Assembly: GCA_965223265.1 (NCBI GenBank)
Contig: OZ244999.1
Location: 6,336,001 to 6,400,000 of the forward strand
From: Planctomycetota bacterium
GTDB taxonomy: Bacteria > Planctomycetota > UBA8108 > SXIK01
Direction: 5' to 3'
DNA: 64,000 nucleotides
Below, piece after piece: positions 10,040-20,383 of this stretch (position 1 is the first letter of the stretch; each line of letters starts with the position of its first letter). The notes under the pieces were generated by a model. The model did no database searches, was not told the DNA's origin, and saw only the letters and a list, made by a program, of their open reading frames with translations. The translations under genes were made by a program, and so were the position numbers.

Positions 10040-11083
10040 TTAGATTCCGAGCTTGCTCCTGACGAAGCGAGCCAGCTCTTCGGGGCGTTTGTACGCGTTG
10101 ATGGCCGGTGTCCCAAGCTCACGATCAAGCAAATCGACGCCGGCGCGATTGTCGGTGCAAGGCCCGGAGAAGAGATCGATCCCGATCCCCCGCTGCGCCA
10201 GAAACTGCGCGCCTCCCCACGCACCCACAAGATCGGCGGCGCAAAAGGCGTGCATCTGAACGAATCGCTTCAGCTCCTCGTCTTGCAGAATATCGGTGAC
10301 CCCATAGTCACCGAGGATTCCGTCTCCGAGCTCAAGTGCGACCAGATCCGGAGCCCCGCGTGAAAGCGAAGCAATCAACGTCTTTGCGATGGTGACCAGC
10401 TCGGCGGCCGCCAAGCTAGCGGTCGACGCGTAGCCGACGTCGAGAAACGAGGCAGTCGCCGCAGCGCCATGGTCCTCCATCGCGATGAGATCTCTCAAGC
10501 AGGCGATCCCGGTGACCTTACCACCGGCAATCGCCAGGCCCTCCTTCGAAAGCTCTTGGATGAGCTCCGCCAAGAACAGCGTCTTCCCGGAGTCCATCCC
10601 TGTGCCGCTGACGGCCAGAATCGGGGGCACGTCGAGATCCGCGATCGTCTGCGCCGCTTCGATGCTGCCGTCACTTAGCCGCACGATGCGTCCATCACGA
10701 ACAGGCATGCCCAGCACCTCACAGGCGACTGGGACGCCGAAGTCCATATGGTCGCTGGAGCTGACCCCAAGAACGCCACCGCGGTTGAGCAGCTGCAGCG
10801 TATCACCGACTGCGAGTGTCGCCGGTACGTCGCCGCAAAAACCGCGCAGCGCACGACGACGACCGAGCGCGCCGACGAAGAGGTCGCCGCGAAAAATCTT
10901 CGCCATGCGGCCATCCGCTAGCTCGAGTTGGCTGTAGACGCGCTTTTCGCGGAGTGCCCGTACGACAACCGTGTGACCGGCGTGCGCCTCGAGATCGTCT
11001 GTCAACTCGATTTCCTTGTCGAAACCAAGTCGCGACACGACAGACGCAATTTTGTGAACTTTGATCTTCATCGCTGCATCCAT
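10040..11083 (-). CDS. DUF1611/DgcN-like P-loop protein in the arg operon
   Basis: VSGTGMDSGKT P-loop, GKVTG..CLRD and ELGDG motifs; co-oriented between argG and argC. Confidence 0.65.
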   Translation of the reverse strand: MDAAMKIKVHKIASVVSRLGFDKEIELTDDLEAHAGHTVVVRALREKRVYSQLELADGRMAKIFRGDLFVGALGRRRALRGFCGDVPATLAVGDTLQLLNRGGVLGVSSSDHMDFGVPVACEVLGMPVRDGRIVRLSDGSIEAAQTIADLDVPPILAVSGTGMDSGKTLFLAELIQELSKEGLAIAGGKVTGIACLRDLIAMEDHGAAATASFLDVGYASTASLAAAELVTIAKTLIASLSRGAPDLVALELGDGILGDYGVTDILQDEELKRFVQMHAFCAADLVGAWGGAQFLAQRGIGIDLFSGPCTDNRAGVDLLDRELGTPAINAYKRPEELARFVRSKLGI

Positions 11084-11138
11084 GCATCGGCGCTACGGCG
11101 ACGACGCGTACGGAAAACGAGTTGCACCGCGCGTCAGC

Positions 11139-12368
11139 TCATCCCGTTGCGTCCGTGGTGTGGCCCCCCGCCTGGCGATAGAGCCGCGAGGGAATCGCCA
11201 TCATCGTGCTGAATCCGCGCACATCTTCGCCGCTCCAGAGTTTTGGCATCTCACCGTAGACCCCTGATGCGCCGTGCATCATGCTGTTGGGACTGCGCAC
11301 GGCTTGGACGTCGAACGCTCCCGCCGCGAGTCGCACGCACGCATCGCCGTCGACGCGATCTTGCGACGAGTCAATCAGTGCTTCGATGTCACGCAGCACC
11401 GGCTCAAACGCGTTGCCTTCATGGATCAGCTTGCCGTAGAACTCCGCCATGTGATCTTTCCAGAAACGCTGCCAAGCAGTCGTGGTAATCTTCTCAAGCT
11501 CGCGGTGCGAGTGGATGAGCACCTGGGCAGCGCCGGCTTCGAACGCGATGCGCCCCTTGATTCCGAGCACCGTATCGCCAATGTGAATCCCAAGGCCGAC
11601 GCGATGCCGCCGGCACAGGTCGCCGAGCTTCTGTACGAGTGTGACACCGTCCATGTCGACACCGTTCAGCGCCGTCGGCACGCCGCCCTTGAACGTGATT
11701 TCCACGATCTCCGTTTCCGTCGTCGCCGGCACGCTGACCGCTTGATCATAGAGCGAGTCGGGAATCTTGCTCCACGGGTCGTGCGTCTCGCCGCCGCCGA
11801 TCGTCGCACCCCAGAGCCCGCTGTTGATCGAGTACTGGCGCACCGACTTGTCGATTTCGACGCCACGTTCGGCGAGAAAATCGAACTCTTCATCACGTGT
11901 TAGCTTCTCGTCACGAATCGGCGTCAGAACCGGCACCCCCGGCAGCAGCACCGCGAAGGCAATGTCGAATCGCACTTGGTCATTGCCCGCACCCGTGGAA
12001 CCATGCGCCACGGCCGCAGCGGCTTCGCGCTGGGCGACCTCGGCGATGATTTCCGCCTGCACGACGCGCTCCGCCGCGACGGCGAGCGGATAGACGGCGC
12101 CCCGGAGAACGTTCCCTTTGATCAGGTAGCTGACGTAGCGATCGAAGACTCGGCCGCGTCCGTCGATCGTCTCGTGCGCCAGGACACCGAGACGCCGCGC
12201 GCGCGCCTCAATCTCTTCCAGCTCTTCTGCGCCGAACCCGCCCGTATCGACCGTGACGGTGACGACGTCGTAGCCCTTCTTTTCCCGCAAGTAGGGAATG
12301 CAGTAAGACGTATCCAGTCCGCCGGAATACGCCAGGACGACCTTCTCTTTCCTAGTCATTGTTGTCAC
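11139..12368 (-). CDS. argG: Argininosuccinate synthase
   Basis: LAYSGGLDTS, HGSTGAGNDQVRF and GIKGR motifs. Confidence 0.95.
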   Translation of the reverse strand: MTTMTRKEKVVLAYSGGLDTSYCIPYLREKKGYDVVTVTVDTGGFGAEELEEIEARARRLGVLAHETIDGRGRVFDRYVSYLIKGNVLRGAVYPLAVAAERVVQAEIIAEVAQREAAAAVAHGSTGAGNDQVRFDIAFAVLLPGVPVLTPIRDEKLTRDEEFDFLAERGVEIDKSVRQYSINSGLWGATIGGGETHDPWSKIPDSLYDQAVSVPATTETEIVEITFKGGVPTALNGVDMDGVTLVQKLGDLCRRHRVGLGIHIGDTVLGIKGRIAFEAGAAQVLIHSHRELEKITTTAWQRFWKDHMAEFYGKLIHEGNAFEPVLRDIEALIDSSQDRVDGDACVRLAAGAFDVQAVRSPNSMMHGASGVYGEMPKLWSGEDVRGFSTMMAIPSRLYRQAGGHTTDATG

Positions 12369-13770
12369 CTATTCCTTCGCTGGCTGTGTCTTCCTCATGC
12401 GCCGACTCTGTTAGAAGCTTGCGCACGCGCTGGATCTGACTGCGCACCTGCGCCGGTGCCGTGCCGCCGACGACGGTCTTGTCCGCCAGCGCCGCTTCGA
12501 TGCGCAGCGCGTCGAACACGTCTGCGGCGAACTCTTTGTGAACATCCTGGTAGTCACTGAGCTGCAGCTCCTCGAGTTTCGCGCTCCGCGCCTCGGCGAG
12601 TCGAACGACCCGGCCGACGACGCCGTGGGCCTCACGGAACGCCACGCCCTTGCGCGTCAGGTAGTCCGCCAGCCCCATGGCGTTGAGGAACCCGCCGTCG
12701 AGCGCTGCTTCTGTCCGCTGGCGATCGACCTGCAAGGTTTCGATCGTGGCCCGAAACACCGGCAAGATCAGCTCGATCGTGTCGACGGCATCGAAGAGAC
12801 CTTCCTTGTCTTCCTGGAGATCCTTGTTGTACGTGAGCGGCAGTCCCTTGAGCGTCGTCAGCAGTCCCAGGAGGCTGCCGAACACACGCCCACTCTTTCC
12901 CCGGGCAAGCTCGCACGCATCCGCGTTCTTCTTCTGCGGCAACATCGAGCTGCCCGTGGTCACCGAGTCGTCGAGCGTGGCAAAACCGAACTCCGCCGTC
13001 GACCAAAGGATCAGATCCTCACTCCAGCGCGACAGGTGCACCATCAAAAGCGCCGCAGCGTGAAGAAAGTCGCAGACGAAGTCGCGATCACTGACGGCAT
13101 CCATGGAGTTGTGCGTCAGGCGCTCGAAGCCGAGCTCGGAGCGCAAGAGATCTCGATCGATGCCAAACTGATTGCCAGCACACGCGCCCGATCCGAGCGG
13201 ACACGCATCGCTCTGGTCCGCGGCCCACAGAAACCGCGTGCGGTCGCGCTGCAGCATCTCGGCGTAGGCGAGAAGATGATGCGCAAGGAGTACTGGCTGC
13301 GCGCGCTGCAGGTGCGTGTAGGCTGGAATGACGACGTCGATGGCCCGCTCGGCGGCATCAGCAGTCGCCAGTATGAGGCTGCGCAGTGAAGCGGCCACCT
13401 CCTTGCTCACACGTTTGACGTAAAGCCTCAAGTCCGTCGCGACTTGGTCGTTCCGACTGCGTCCGGTGTGGAGTTTTTCCCCCGCGGCGCCGGCAATCTC
13501 TGTCAGCCGCGATTCGAGGTTCATATGAATGTCTTCGAGCTCGCGCGAGAACGCGAAGCTGCCCGCTTCGATCTCTGCGAGCACTTGACGCAGACCTTCG
13601 CGAATCGAGGTCGCCTCCGCCGACGAAATGAGCCCTCCCTGCTCGAGCGCTTTCGTCCACGCCAGACTGCCCGCGACGTCTTCGCGGTAGAGTCGCTGGT
13701 CAAAATCGATCGACGCGTTGAGTCGCGCCATCGCTCGAGTGAGGCTCTTGCCGAATCGTTCGCTTCGCAT
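12352..13770 (-). CDS. argH: Argininosuccinate lyase
   Basis: EDIH, HTGRSRNDQ, YTHLQRAQP and GSSMLPQKKN. Confidence 0.96.
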   Translation of the reverse strand: MRSERFGKSLTRAMARLNASIDFDQRLYREDVAGSLAWTKALEQGGLISSAEATSIREGLRQVLAEIEAGSFAFSRELEDIHMNLESRLTEIAGAAGEKLHTGRSRNDQVATDLRLYVKRVSKEVAASLRSLILATADAAERAIDVVIPAYTHLQRAQPVLLAHHLLAYAEMLQRDRTRFLWAADQSDACPLGSGACAGNQFGIDRDLLRSELGFERLTHNSMDAVSDRDFVCDFLHAAALLMVHLSRWSEDLILWSTAEFGFATLDDSVTTGSSMLPQKKNADACELARGKSGRVFGSLLGLLTTLKGLPLTYNKDLQEDKEGLFDAVDTIELILPVFRATIETLQVDRQRTEAALDGGFLNAMGLADYLTRKGVAFREAHGVVGRVVRLAEARSAKLEELQLSDYQDVHKEFAADVFDALRIEAALADKTVVGGTAPAQVRSQIQRVRKLLTESAHEEDTASEGIGDNND

Positions 13771-13774
13771 GAGG

Positions 13775-14782
13775 TCAACTCTCCCCCGTCGGCGGTGACT
13801 CTGGTGACGATGACGGTGGTGCGGCGGATGCGTCGTTCGCTCCCGACTCGGCAGTCGCGTCGAGATCCTTCAAGCGATCGCGATAGATCCGCTCCTCGTC
13901 GCGATCGAGAATCATCGTGCCGGTGCCGCGCACGGTGAACACCTCGCACAGCAGAGCGTTCGGCTCGAGACCGTTGATGATGTGCGCTCGCTTCACCCCA
14001 CCACGCACAGCGGCGGCGGCCGTCGTCAACTTAGGGATCATCCCATCCGAGGCTTCGCCACGCTGAATCACGGCGTCGATGTCTTCGAGCGTGAGGTACG
14101 AGTAGCGCGTCGAGGGATCGTTCAAGTCGCGGTACACCCCACTCACATTAGAAAACAAGAACAACTTCTCAGCAGGGAGCGAAGCGGCGATCTCACTGGC
14201 GATGGTGTCGGCGTTGATGTTGAGCACCTGCCCGTCATCGCTACAACCAAGCGAAGCGACGACCGGCACGAATCGCTCCTCGAGAAGAACGCGCAGGACA
14301 TCGGGGCGCACGCTCTGAATGTCGCCGACGTTCTGGAAGTCGACTTCACGCTCGCTCCCGCTAGCATCGTCGTACACTTTCCGGGGCGGCCGTTTGATCG
14401 CTTGGACGAGATCGCCGTCGACGCCAGAGAGTCCGACTCCTGGGGTGCCGTAGCGACGCAGCGCCGCCAAGATATCGGTGGAGATCTGGCCGGCAAAGAC
14501 CATCTTGGCGAGCTCGAGCAGACGGTCATCGGTGATGCGCCGTCCCCCAACCTTCTTGGCTTCGATGCCGAGGCGACCAGCGATGTCGGAGAGCTGCGGC
14601 CCACCGCCATGGATGATCACTAGCCGGATGTTGAGCTCGTGGAGCAAGGCGATCTCTTCGGCCAGAGCGCTGAGGCGCTCCGGATCGGAGACCACTTCGC
14701 CGCCAAACTTGATCACGAAGATCTTGTTGCGGTACTCCTTGATATAAGGGAGCGCCTGCTTGAGGAGTTTGATGTCTTCCAT
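13775..14782 (-). CDS. argB: Acetylglutamate kinase (likely start ATG 14782, MEDIKLLKQALPYI)
   Basis: VIKFGG, HGGG, RITD, NINAD and GMIPK motifs. Confidence 0.92.
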   Translation of the reverse strand: MEDIKLLKQALPYIKEYRNKIFVIKFGGEVVSDPERLSALAEEIALLHELNIRLVIIHGGGPQLSDIAGRLGIEAKKVGGRRITDDRLLELAKMVFAGQISTDILAALRRYGTPGVGLSGVDGDLVQAIKRPPRKVYDDASGSEREVDFQNVGDIQSVRPDVLRVLLEERFVPVVASLGCSDDGQVLNINADTIASEIAASLPAEKLFLFSNVSGVYRDLNDPSTRYSYLTLEDIDAVIQRGEASDGMIPKLTTAAAAVRGGVKRAHIINGLEPNALLCEVFTVRGTGTMILDRDEERIYRDRLKDLDATAESGANDASAAPPSSSPESPPTGES

Positions 14783-15588
14783 AGTATCGAGCCGATTGCC
14801 GGCGAATTCCAACGATTGGACAAGGACGAAGCCCGCATGGTGGCGAATGCACCGCGTTAGGTCAAGGTGACGAGCTCGAGTCGGCCGCGCCGCCTTGAAT
14901 GGGTCCGAACCGCGGCAGAATCGATCCGCGGCGAACCAATCCTCCGGGTGAGGATCGAGCCCCCCGGTAAATTCAGCGCCGCAAGTCAGCGCCCGTTGGT
15001 CAGCGCCGGTCACAGAGACCGCCGGCGGGCGGGCCACCCGTTGCCGAGCGCGACAAGCCGCACTTGCTCTGAGATCGATTCGTCATCGTCGCGATCGGCG
15101 ACGCAAAGGACAAACAAGCTGACGACTTGCCGGAGGTCCGCTCCGGGCGCGGCACCGGTTCCACGCCGCACACTACAGTCGCGCTCTGCAGTGACGTGAG
15201 TGGCCGACACCCACGGCCGCGCGGGCGCTGAGAAGCTTCGCTGCACCCACGAGTGAGGCCGCGCGCGCTGCTCGCGCTCTTATCGACGACGTCTAAGTCG
15301 GTTACGTCTAAATCGGTGCAGTCGAATCGACCGTCGTGTCAGCATGGCTCGGGTCGCTTGGTGGGTTCTTCGGCGCACCGCGCCGGTCGGAAACCCCACG
15401 TTATATCCGTGCTCTCGAGTCACTCCAAGACTTTTCCGGGTAGTCGCGCCTGCGGCCAACGTGATTCTGCTGGCGCCGGGCGTTAAAAAAGGAGAGTGAG
15501 CGGGTAGAATCCGTCTCCCAACAGAGAGCAAACTCGGCGCCCGCGCGCAGAGCGAGTAGCGCAGATCCCCGAGCAAAAAGGAAACCCC

Positions 15589-16365
15589 ATGGCCCACAAC
15601 CTCCTGGCCGGTAAGAAAGGTCTCGTTCTCGGTGTCGCCAACAAGCGAAGTATCGCCTGGGCAGTCTCGCAAGCTGCAAGCGACAACGGTGCGGAGCTGG
15701 CGTTCACGTATCTGAACGACAAACTCAAGGACAAGGTCGCAGCGCTGGCGAAGGATCTTCCGGGCAGCTCCCCTCTCTATCCGTGTGACGTCACGCGCGA
15801 CGAGGAGATCGACGCTCTCGGCGAGAGCGTGCGCCGGGACTTCGGCACGCTCGATTTCGTCATCCATTCGATCGCTTTCGCCGACCGCAAAGACCTCGAA
15901 GGCCGTTTTGTCGACACCTCGCGCCAAGGTTATCACTTGGCGCAGGACGTCAGTAGCTACTCGCTCACCGCCACCGCACGCGCCACCGCGCCGCTCATGG
16001 AAAGCGGCGGCAGCATCGTCACCATGACCTACCTTGGAGCCGAACGCGCCATCAAGAACTACAATGTCATGGGAGTCGCCAAGGCGGCGCTCGAAGCGTC
16101 CGTGCGCTACTTGGCATCAGAGCTAGGCGAGCGTCAGATCCGCGTCAACGCCGTCTCGGCAGGCCCGATCAACACCCTGGCAGCACGCGGCATCGCCGGC
16201 TTCACCGACATCCTCGACCATGTCGCACAGGTCGCGCCGCTGAGGCGCAACGTCGAGGTCGAAGAGGTTGCCAACACGACCGTCTTTCTCGCCAGCCCAC
16301 TCGCCAGCGGCATCACCGGCGAGACGGTCCATGTCGACGGTGGCTTCAACATGGTAGGGCTTTGA
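15589..16365 (+). CDS. fabI: Enoyl-ACP reductase
   Basis: GVANKRSIAW, HSIAFA, YNVMGVAKAALE and SAGPI.TLA. Confidence 0.95.
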   Translation: MAHNLLAGKKGLVLGVANKRSIAWAVSQAASDNGAELAFTYLNDKLKDKVAALAKDLPGSSPLYPCDVTRDEEIDALGESVRRDFGTLDFVIHSIAFADRKDLEGRFVDTSRQGYHLAQDVSSYSLTATARATAPLMESGGSIVTMTYLGAERAIKNYNVMGVAKAALEASVRYLASELGERQIRVNAVSAGPINTLAARGIAGFTDILDHVAQVAPLRRNVEVEEVANTTVFLASPLASGITGETVHVDGGFNMVGL

Positions 16366-16512
16366 GCTGCGAGCTCGGGTCAGCGTGAACGAGCCCAGCC
16401 GCGCGCCCGTGAGCTCCGCTGGTGTTGGCCACTGATTCGAATCTTTCGCGACGTCTCCGCCGTTTCTGAAACCGGCGGAATCGGTGCAAGAGGGAGGCGC
16501 GTCACGGGCATA

Positions 16513-16570
16513 CGCGATTGCGATTGCGTGTGCGTGTGCGTGTGCGTGTGCGTGGGTCTGGGCCTGGGCG
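16513..16570. repeat. Compound hexamer microsatellite
   Basis: gcgatt, gcgtgt and gcctgg-type units in a 6-bp register. Confidence 0.8.
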
Positions 16571-16576
16571 CCTGCT

Positions 16577-16610
16577 AAAGTAGCAGGCACACTCCTGTGT
16601 GCCGTTCCGG
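16577..16610 (+). repeat. GTAG-type REP element
   Basis: aaaGTAGca-GGCACAC-tcct-GTGTGCC-gttccgg; the same core occurs at 53301 and inverted at 53384-53758. Confidence 0.8.
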
Positions 16611-16775
16611 AGGTGACCGTGGACCGTGGACCGTGACCGTGAGTTTCGAGCGCACGCTTAAGATTCACAGCCTCGGAATGTGCCGCCCGGTCTTGCGACA
16701 ACCGCAGACGTTGCTTGACCCTTTCGTGACGGGCTCTGAAGGGGGTGCTGGCAGCTCCCAACGGGTGCGCCGCCG

Positions 16776-16794
16776 TTTCTAACAAGTTTCTAAG
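16776..16794 (+). promoter_or_regulatory. Putative OmpR/PhoB-type direct-repeat site
   Basis: TTTCTAA at 16776 and 16787 (11-bp period), about 120 bp upstream of the TPR-HK-RR module. Confidence 0.4.
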
Positions 16795-16909
16795 ATCGGC
16801 CGGCTAAGCTACCTGCGTCGAAGAAAAGAGCGCCGCAGCGGGCGGTGCTCGCCGTATTCTGGTTCTCAGGATGCGGCGTCTGCAGCACGAAGCGCAGCAG
16901 GAGGCAGGT

Positions 16910-19900
16910 ATGAAACTCACGGGCACGATCGCAACGCTGGGTCTTTTGTGGACGACACTCGCCCCGACCCTCGGGGCACAAGAGGTGGCTGCGGACAAGA
17001 AGTCCGCCCGCGACGACGCTGAAACTCGCCTGCTCGAAGCCGAGCTGCTCGAAGTCTCGAGCGGCGATCTGGAGCGTGCGCTCCGCATTTACACCGCGCT
17101 CGCCGAAGCCGAGGAGACACCGGAGCCAACGAAGGCCCGGGCTCTCCTTTACATGGCGCGCTGCCATCGCAAGCGTGGCCAGCTGGAAGACGCGCGACGC
17201 ATTCTTGACACCATCGTCAAGCAACACCAACGCGAAGCTGCCGTGCTGCGCCAGGCGCGCACGTTTCTGCGCGAGCTTGATGCGGGCGGCCAGCGCGCCG
17301 AGTTCGACTGGCTGGGTGAGCTAGCGCGCAGCCCGGAGATCCGCGCCCGCGTCTTCGACCTGGCGATGGATCTGGTCGACGTGACGAGCGATGAGGCCCA
17401 GCGCGCCCGACGTCAGCTCCTCGCGCTCGGGACGATCAGCGTGCCTGTGCTCGAGCAGATGGCGCAAACGTCGCGCGACGCCCGCCACCGGCGGCACCTG
17501 GCGCTCATCCTCGCCCACCTCGGCGCGCACGAATGGCTGCGCGTCGCGCTCGGTGCCGAGGGCGCACCGCCTTTCTTTTCCGGCAACGGCCGCAGCACCT
17601 TGGGTCAGAACTTTCGGGAATTCATCGGTTACGTCGTCGAACTGCCAGCGGCGGGCCGCCAACGTTTTCTCACCACGCTCGAATCCATCGCGGCGGATTG
17701 CCCGGCGGCGTATGTCGAGTGCCTTCGCTTCGTCGCCGGCGACCATGGCCGCCTGCAGACACGGCTTCCCATCATGGAAGAGGTACTCAGCGTCGAGACG
17801 GACCAGCGCTCCATTTTCGGACTTGCAAAACGTCTCGGCGACATCGCCCGGGCAGATGCAAGCCAAGCTAGGATCATCGCGGCGCGCCTGCTGGAGGCGC
17901 CGCCGAAGTTACGCGGCATCTATTACGATCTCCTCGACAAAACAGCCCCTAAGGTCCTCGGCGTGACGCATTGGCGGCGGATGCTCGAGGATCATGTGGC
18001 GGCGGACGAGCAGGCGACGACGCGGCCCATATTCAAGGAACGAAGACCAACATCCCGCACGTCGGTCAGAGTCGCAACGCCAAGACAGATGCGACCCGGA
18101 GTCGACGTTCGCACCCTCGTCGCCAAGCTCGAAGCGGCGACGGCCTGGCAGGTGCTCGAGGCGTTCACGGAAAGCTCAATCGCCACGGAGCTGTTGACGT
18201 ACTTCGCGAACAAGTACCTCGCGCAGGATGGTCCCACCGCAGCGCCTGTGGAGTGGGCTGGAATCCTTCGGAACTGCGACGCGGATTTCGAGATTGACTG
18301 TCCGGTCAACTCAGGCGGGACACACCGCCTCAGGGGTAGCAACTTCGCCCTCCTGCACCTTCTGGCGGAAGAGCGCGACGAGTTCCTCGACGAGTTTCTC
18401 GACGTTCTGGACCACCGCCGCCAGGAGGCACCGGAGTTCCACGGCTACGGCTCGCGGCCTGAGCATTGGGCCTGGCGCCAAGAACAGTGGACGCCTTCAC
18501 CGCGCTACGTCGCCGCCATGACGGCGCGCCTGGGCAGTGACGACAACGTCACTCTCGCCATCGCCCTCGAGGCGTTGTCGCTTTCCGCACCTCTAGCTGC
18601 CGAGGCGCAGCAAGCGATCGAGTCGCTGCTGGACACATCAACGAGCAATGCGATCCGCGAGCTGGCGCTCTACGCGCTCCTACGTCACTTCGAAACCGAG
18701 CCGCGTTACGGAACACGCGCGGCGGAGCTCTTGATGGTGGAATTCCTGCGGCGATCGAACCGCGGTAAAGATTTCAGAGCTGACGGCGGGAGTCAGCGCT
18801 TCGAACAGCTGGAGCAACTACGGGCCGGAATCAAGGATCTCCCTGACGACGCGAGGCGCCAGATTCAAGAAGCGATCGGAAGTCCTGATCCCAGCGCGCA
18901 CACGGTGAGTCCCGTCGGTGCTAATCAATTGGGTCACCTTTCCTTGCCGTGGCAGCAAACCGTTGAGTCCCGCCGGTCCTTTCGTCGAAGAGTCGTAGAC
19001 CAGCGACGCTCACGTCGTAGTTCGCGTCATTCTACGTCTGGGTCCGGTGGTCTCGAGGTGCTCGGGTGGATCATCGCTCGCCCGGTCTACGGCCGGACGT
19101 CGTCTCGTAGGGAACAAACCGACGAACTCCGAGACGCGCTCTACCCTCACGTTCTGAAGTTTCTCGGGACGGAACAGGGACAGGCGTTTCACTCCTGGTA
19201 CGGCGTCGCGTCGCAAGATCAGCTCCTCGACTTCGCCGCGGCAACGAAAGACCGCGCCGCTCGCGCGTATGTGATTTCGCAGAGGCTGATTGAAAAGCGA
19301 GCGGAACCAGACTGGGAAGTGAGGCGGCTCGAGATCCTTCGCCACGTCGCGGTCGACAGGAATTTACCGACGGAAGCCCGACGCGCCGCGGTCGAAGTCG
19401 CGCGTCAGCGAAGCCTCGACTGGTTCTCCCTCGAGGCGCTACTGAGTGATGACCCCTTCATCGACCGTCTCATGGCAGTCCAGCTGGGAGGTCCCGAAGC
19501 CCCTTTCGGAGAAACGTACTTCTCTCGCCTCTGGCGCGACACGCGCGATGACCACACCAAGAGATCCAGCGCGTTCAAAAACGCCTTCAAGAGCCCTCAC
19601 GCCGCGGTCCGCCGCGCCGCCTACGACGCGTATCGGGATTCTGCAGCCGACGCTGTCGAGGTGTACCGTAGTGGCCTTCAAGACGACGACGAAGAGGTCC
19701 GCGGTGAAGTCATCGACCACCTGACGCACACCTCACGCACCGACATGGCGCCGCTCTTCCTCGAACTGCTCGCCTCGGGCGAACGCTCGCAGCAGCTGAC
19801 GGCGATCCATGGACTGAAGAAGTTCGCGCTCGCCGACAGTCTGCCGGCGATCGGCGCGCTCCTCAACGATCCGAACAACGACGTGCGCGTCGAAGCGCTC

Positions 19901-19996
19901 AAGGCACTCAACAGCATCCGCGACACGCTGAAGGAACGGAAGGAGTGGCAAACGGTTCTGCAGCGGCTCGCTGACCCGGCGATCGAGAATCTGTAA
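16910..19996 (+). CDS. Large exported TPR/HEAT-repeat protein
   Basis: RBS caggagg, signal peptide, N-terminal TPR (LE..GDL..A..IY...ARALLYMARCH) and C-terminal HEAT repeats (D.D.EVR, LNDPNNDVR). Confidence 0.75.
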   Translation: MKLTGTIATLGLLWTTLAPTLGAQEVAADKKSARDDAETRLLEAELLEVSSGDLERALRIYTALAEAEETPEPTKARALLYMARCHRKRGQLEDARRILDTIVKQHQREAAVLRQARTFLRELDAGGQRAEFDWLGELARSPEIRARVFDLAMDLVDVTSDEAQRARRQLLALGTISVPVLEQMAQTSRDARHRRHLALILAHLGAHEWLRVALGAEGAPPFFSGNGRSTLGQNFREFIGYVVELPAAGRQRFLTTLESIAADCPAAYVECLRFVAGDHGRLQTRLPIMEEVLSVETDQRSIFGLAKRLGDIARADASQARIIAARLLEAPPKLRGIYYDLLDKTAPKVLGVTHWRRMLEDHVAADEQATTRPIFKERRPTSRTSVRVATPRQMRPGVDVRTLVAKLEAATAWQVLEAFTESSIATELLTYFANKYLAQDGPTAAPVEWAGILRNCDADFEIDCPVNSGGTHRLRGSNFALLHLLAEERDEFLDEFLDVLDHRRQEAPEFHGYGSRPEHWAWRQEQWTPSPRYVAAMTARLGSDDNVTLAIALEALSLSAPLAAEAQQAIESLLDTSTSNAIRELALYALLRHFETEPRYGTRAAELLMVEFLRRSNRGKDFRADGGSQRFEQLEQLRAGIKDLPDDARRQIQEAIGSPDPSAHTVSPVGANQLGHLSLPWQQTVESRRSFRRRVVDQRRSRRSSRHSTSGSGGLEVLGWIIARPVYGRTSSRREQTDELRDALYPHVLKFLGTEQGQAFHSWYGVASQDQLLDFAAATKDRAARAYVISQRLIEKRAEPDWEVRRLEILRHVAVDRNLPTEARRAAVEVARQRSLDWFSLEALLSDDPFIDRLMAVQLGGPEAPFGETYFSRLWRDTRDDHTKRSSAFKNAFKSPHAAVRRAAYDAYRDSAADAVEVYRSGLQDDDEEVRGEVIDHLTHTSRTDMAPLFLELLASGERSQQLTAIHGLKKFALADSLPAIGALLNDPNNDVRVEALKALNSIRDTLKERKEWQTVLQRLADPAIENL

Positions 19997-20103
19997 CTCG
20001 CCCGCGGTTGAACGCGTGTCGTGGCTGAAGACGCGCGAGGGATCTCCCTCTTGGTGGAGGCACACCCCATTGTTGCAAAAAGAGAAGCGCTCACGGGCCA
20101 TGC

Positions 20104-20253
20104 GCGATTGCGATTGCGATTGCGATTGCGATTGCGTGGGCGTGGGCGTGGGCGTGGGCGTGGGCGTGGGCGTGGGCGTGTGGGAGTGGGAGTACTCTGC
20201 TTCTGCCTCTGATTCTGTCTCCGTATCCGTATCCGTATCTGTATCTGTATCTG
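20104..20253. repeat. Compound hexamer microsatellite of about 150 bp
   Basis: (gcgatt)5, (gcgtgg)~7, then gtggga, ccgtat and ctgtat units. Confidence 0.85.
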
Positions 20254-20383
20254 TAGCCCGCACCACCGTACGGCGCAGGTCGTTACGCAACTGTAGGGAC
20301 CGACACACTCATGACCAAGGCTACATGTCGCGGTTCATGAACCCGGTGCCGCGGCGGCCTGGCGCACGTCAATTCGAGGTAAT

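Noticed and set aside
7581-14782. LysW-dependent lysine/arginine pathway
   Set aside because: No lysW carrier or LysX/ArgX ATP-grasp ligase is present, and ArgF' implies acyl-protected intermediates.
14783-15037. N-terminal extension of ArgB in the ORF track
   Set aside because: Kinase similarity begins at MEDIKLLKQALPYI (ATG 14782).
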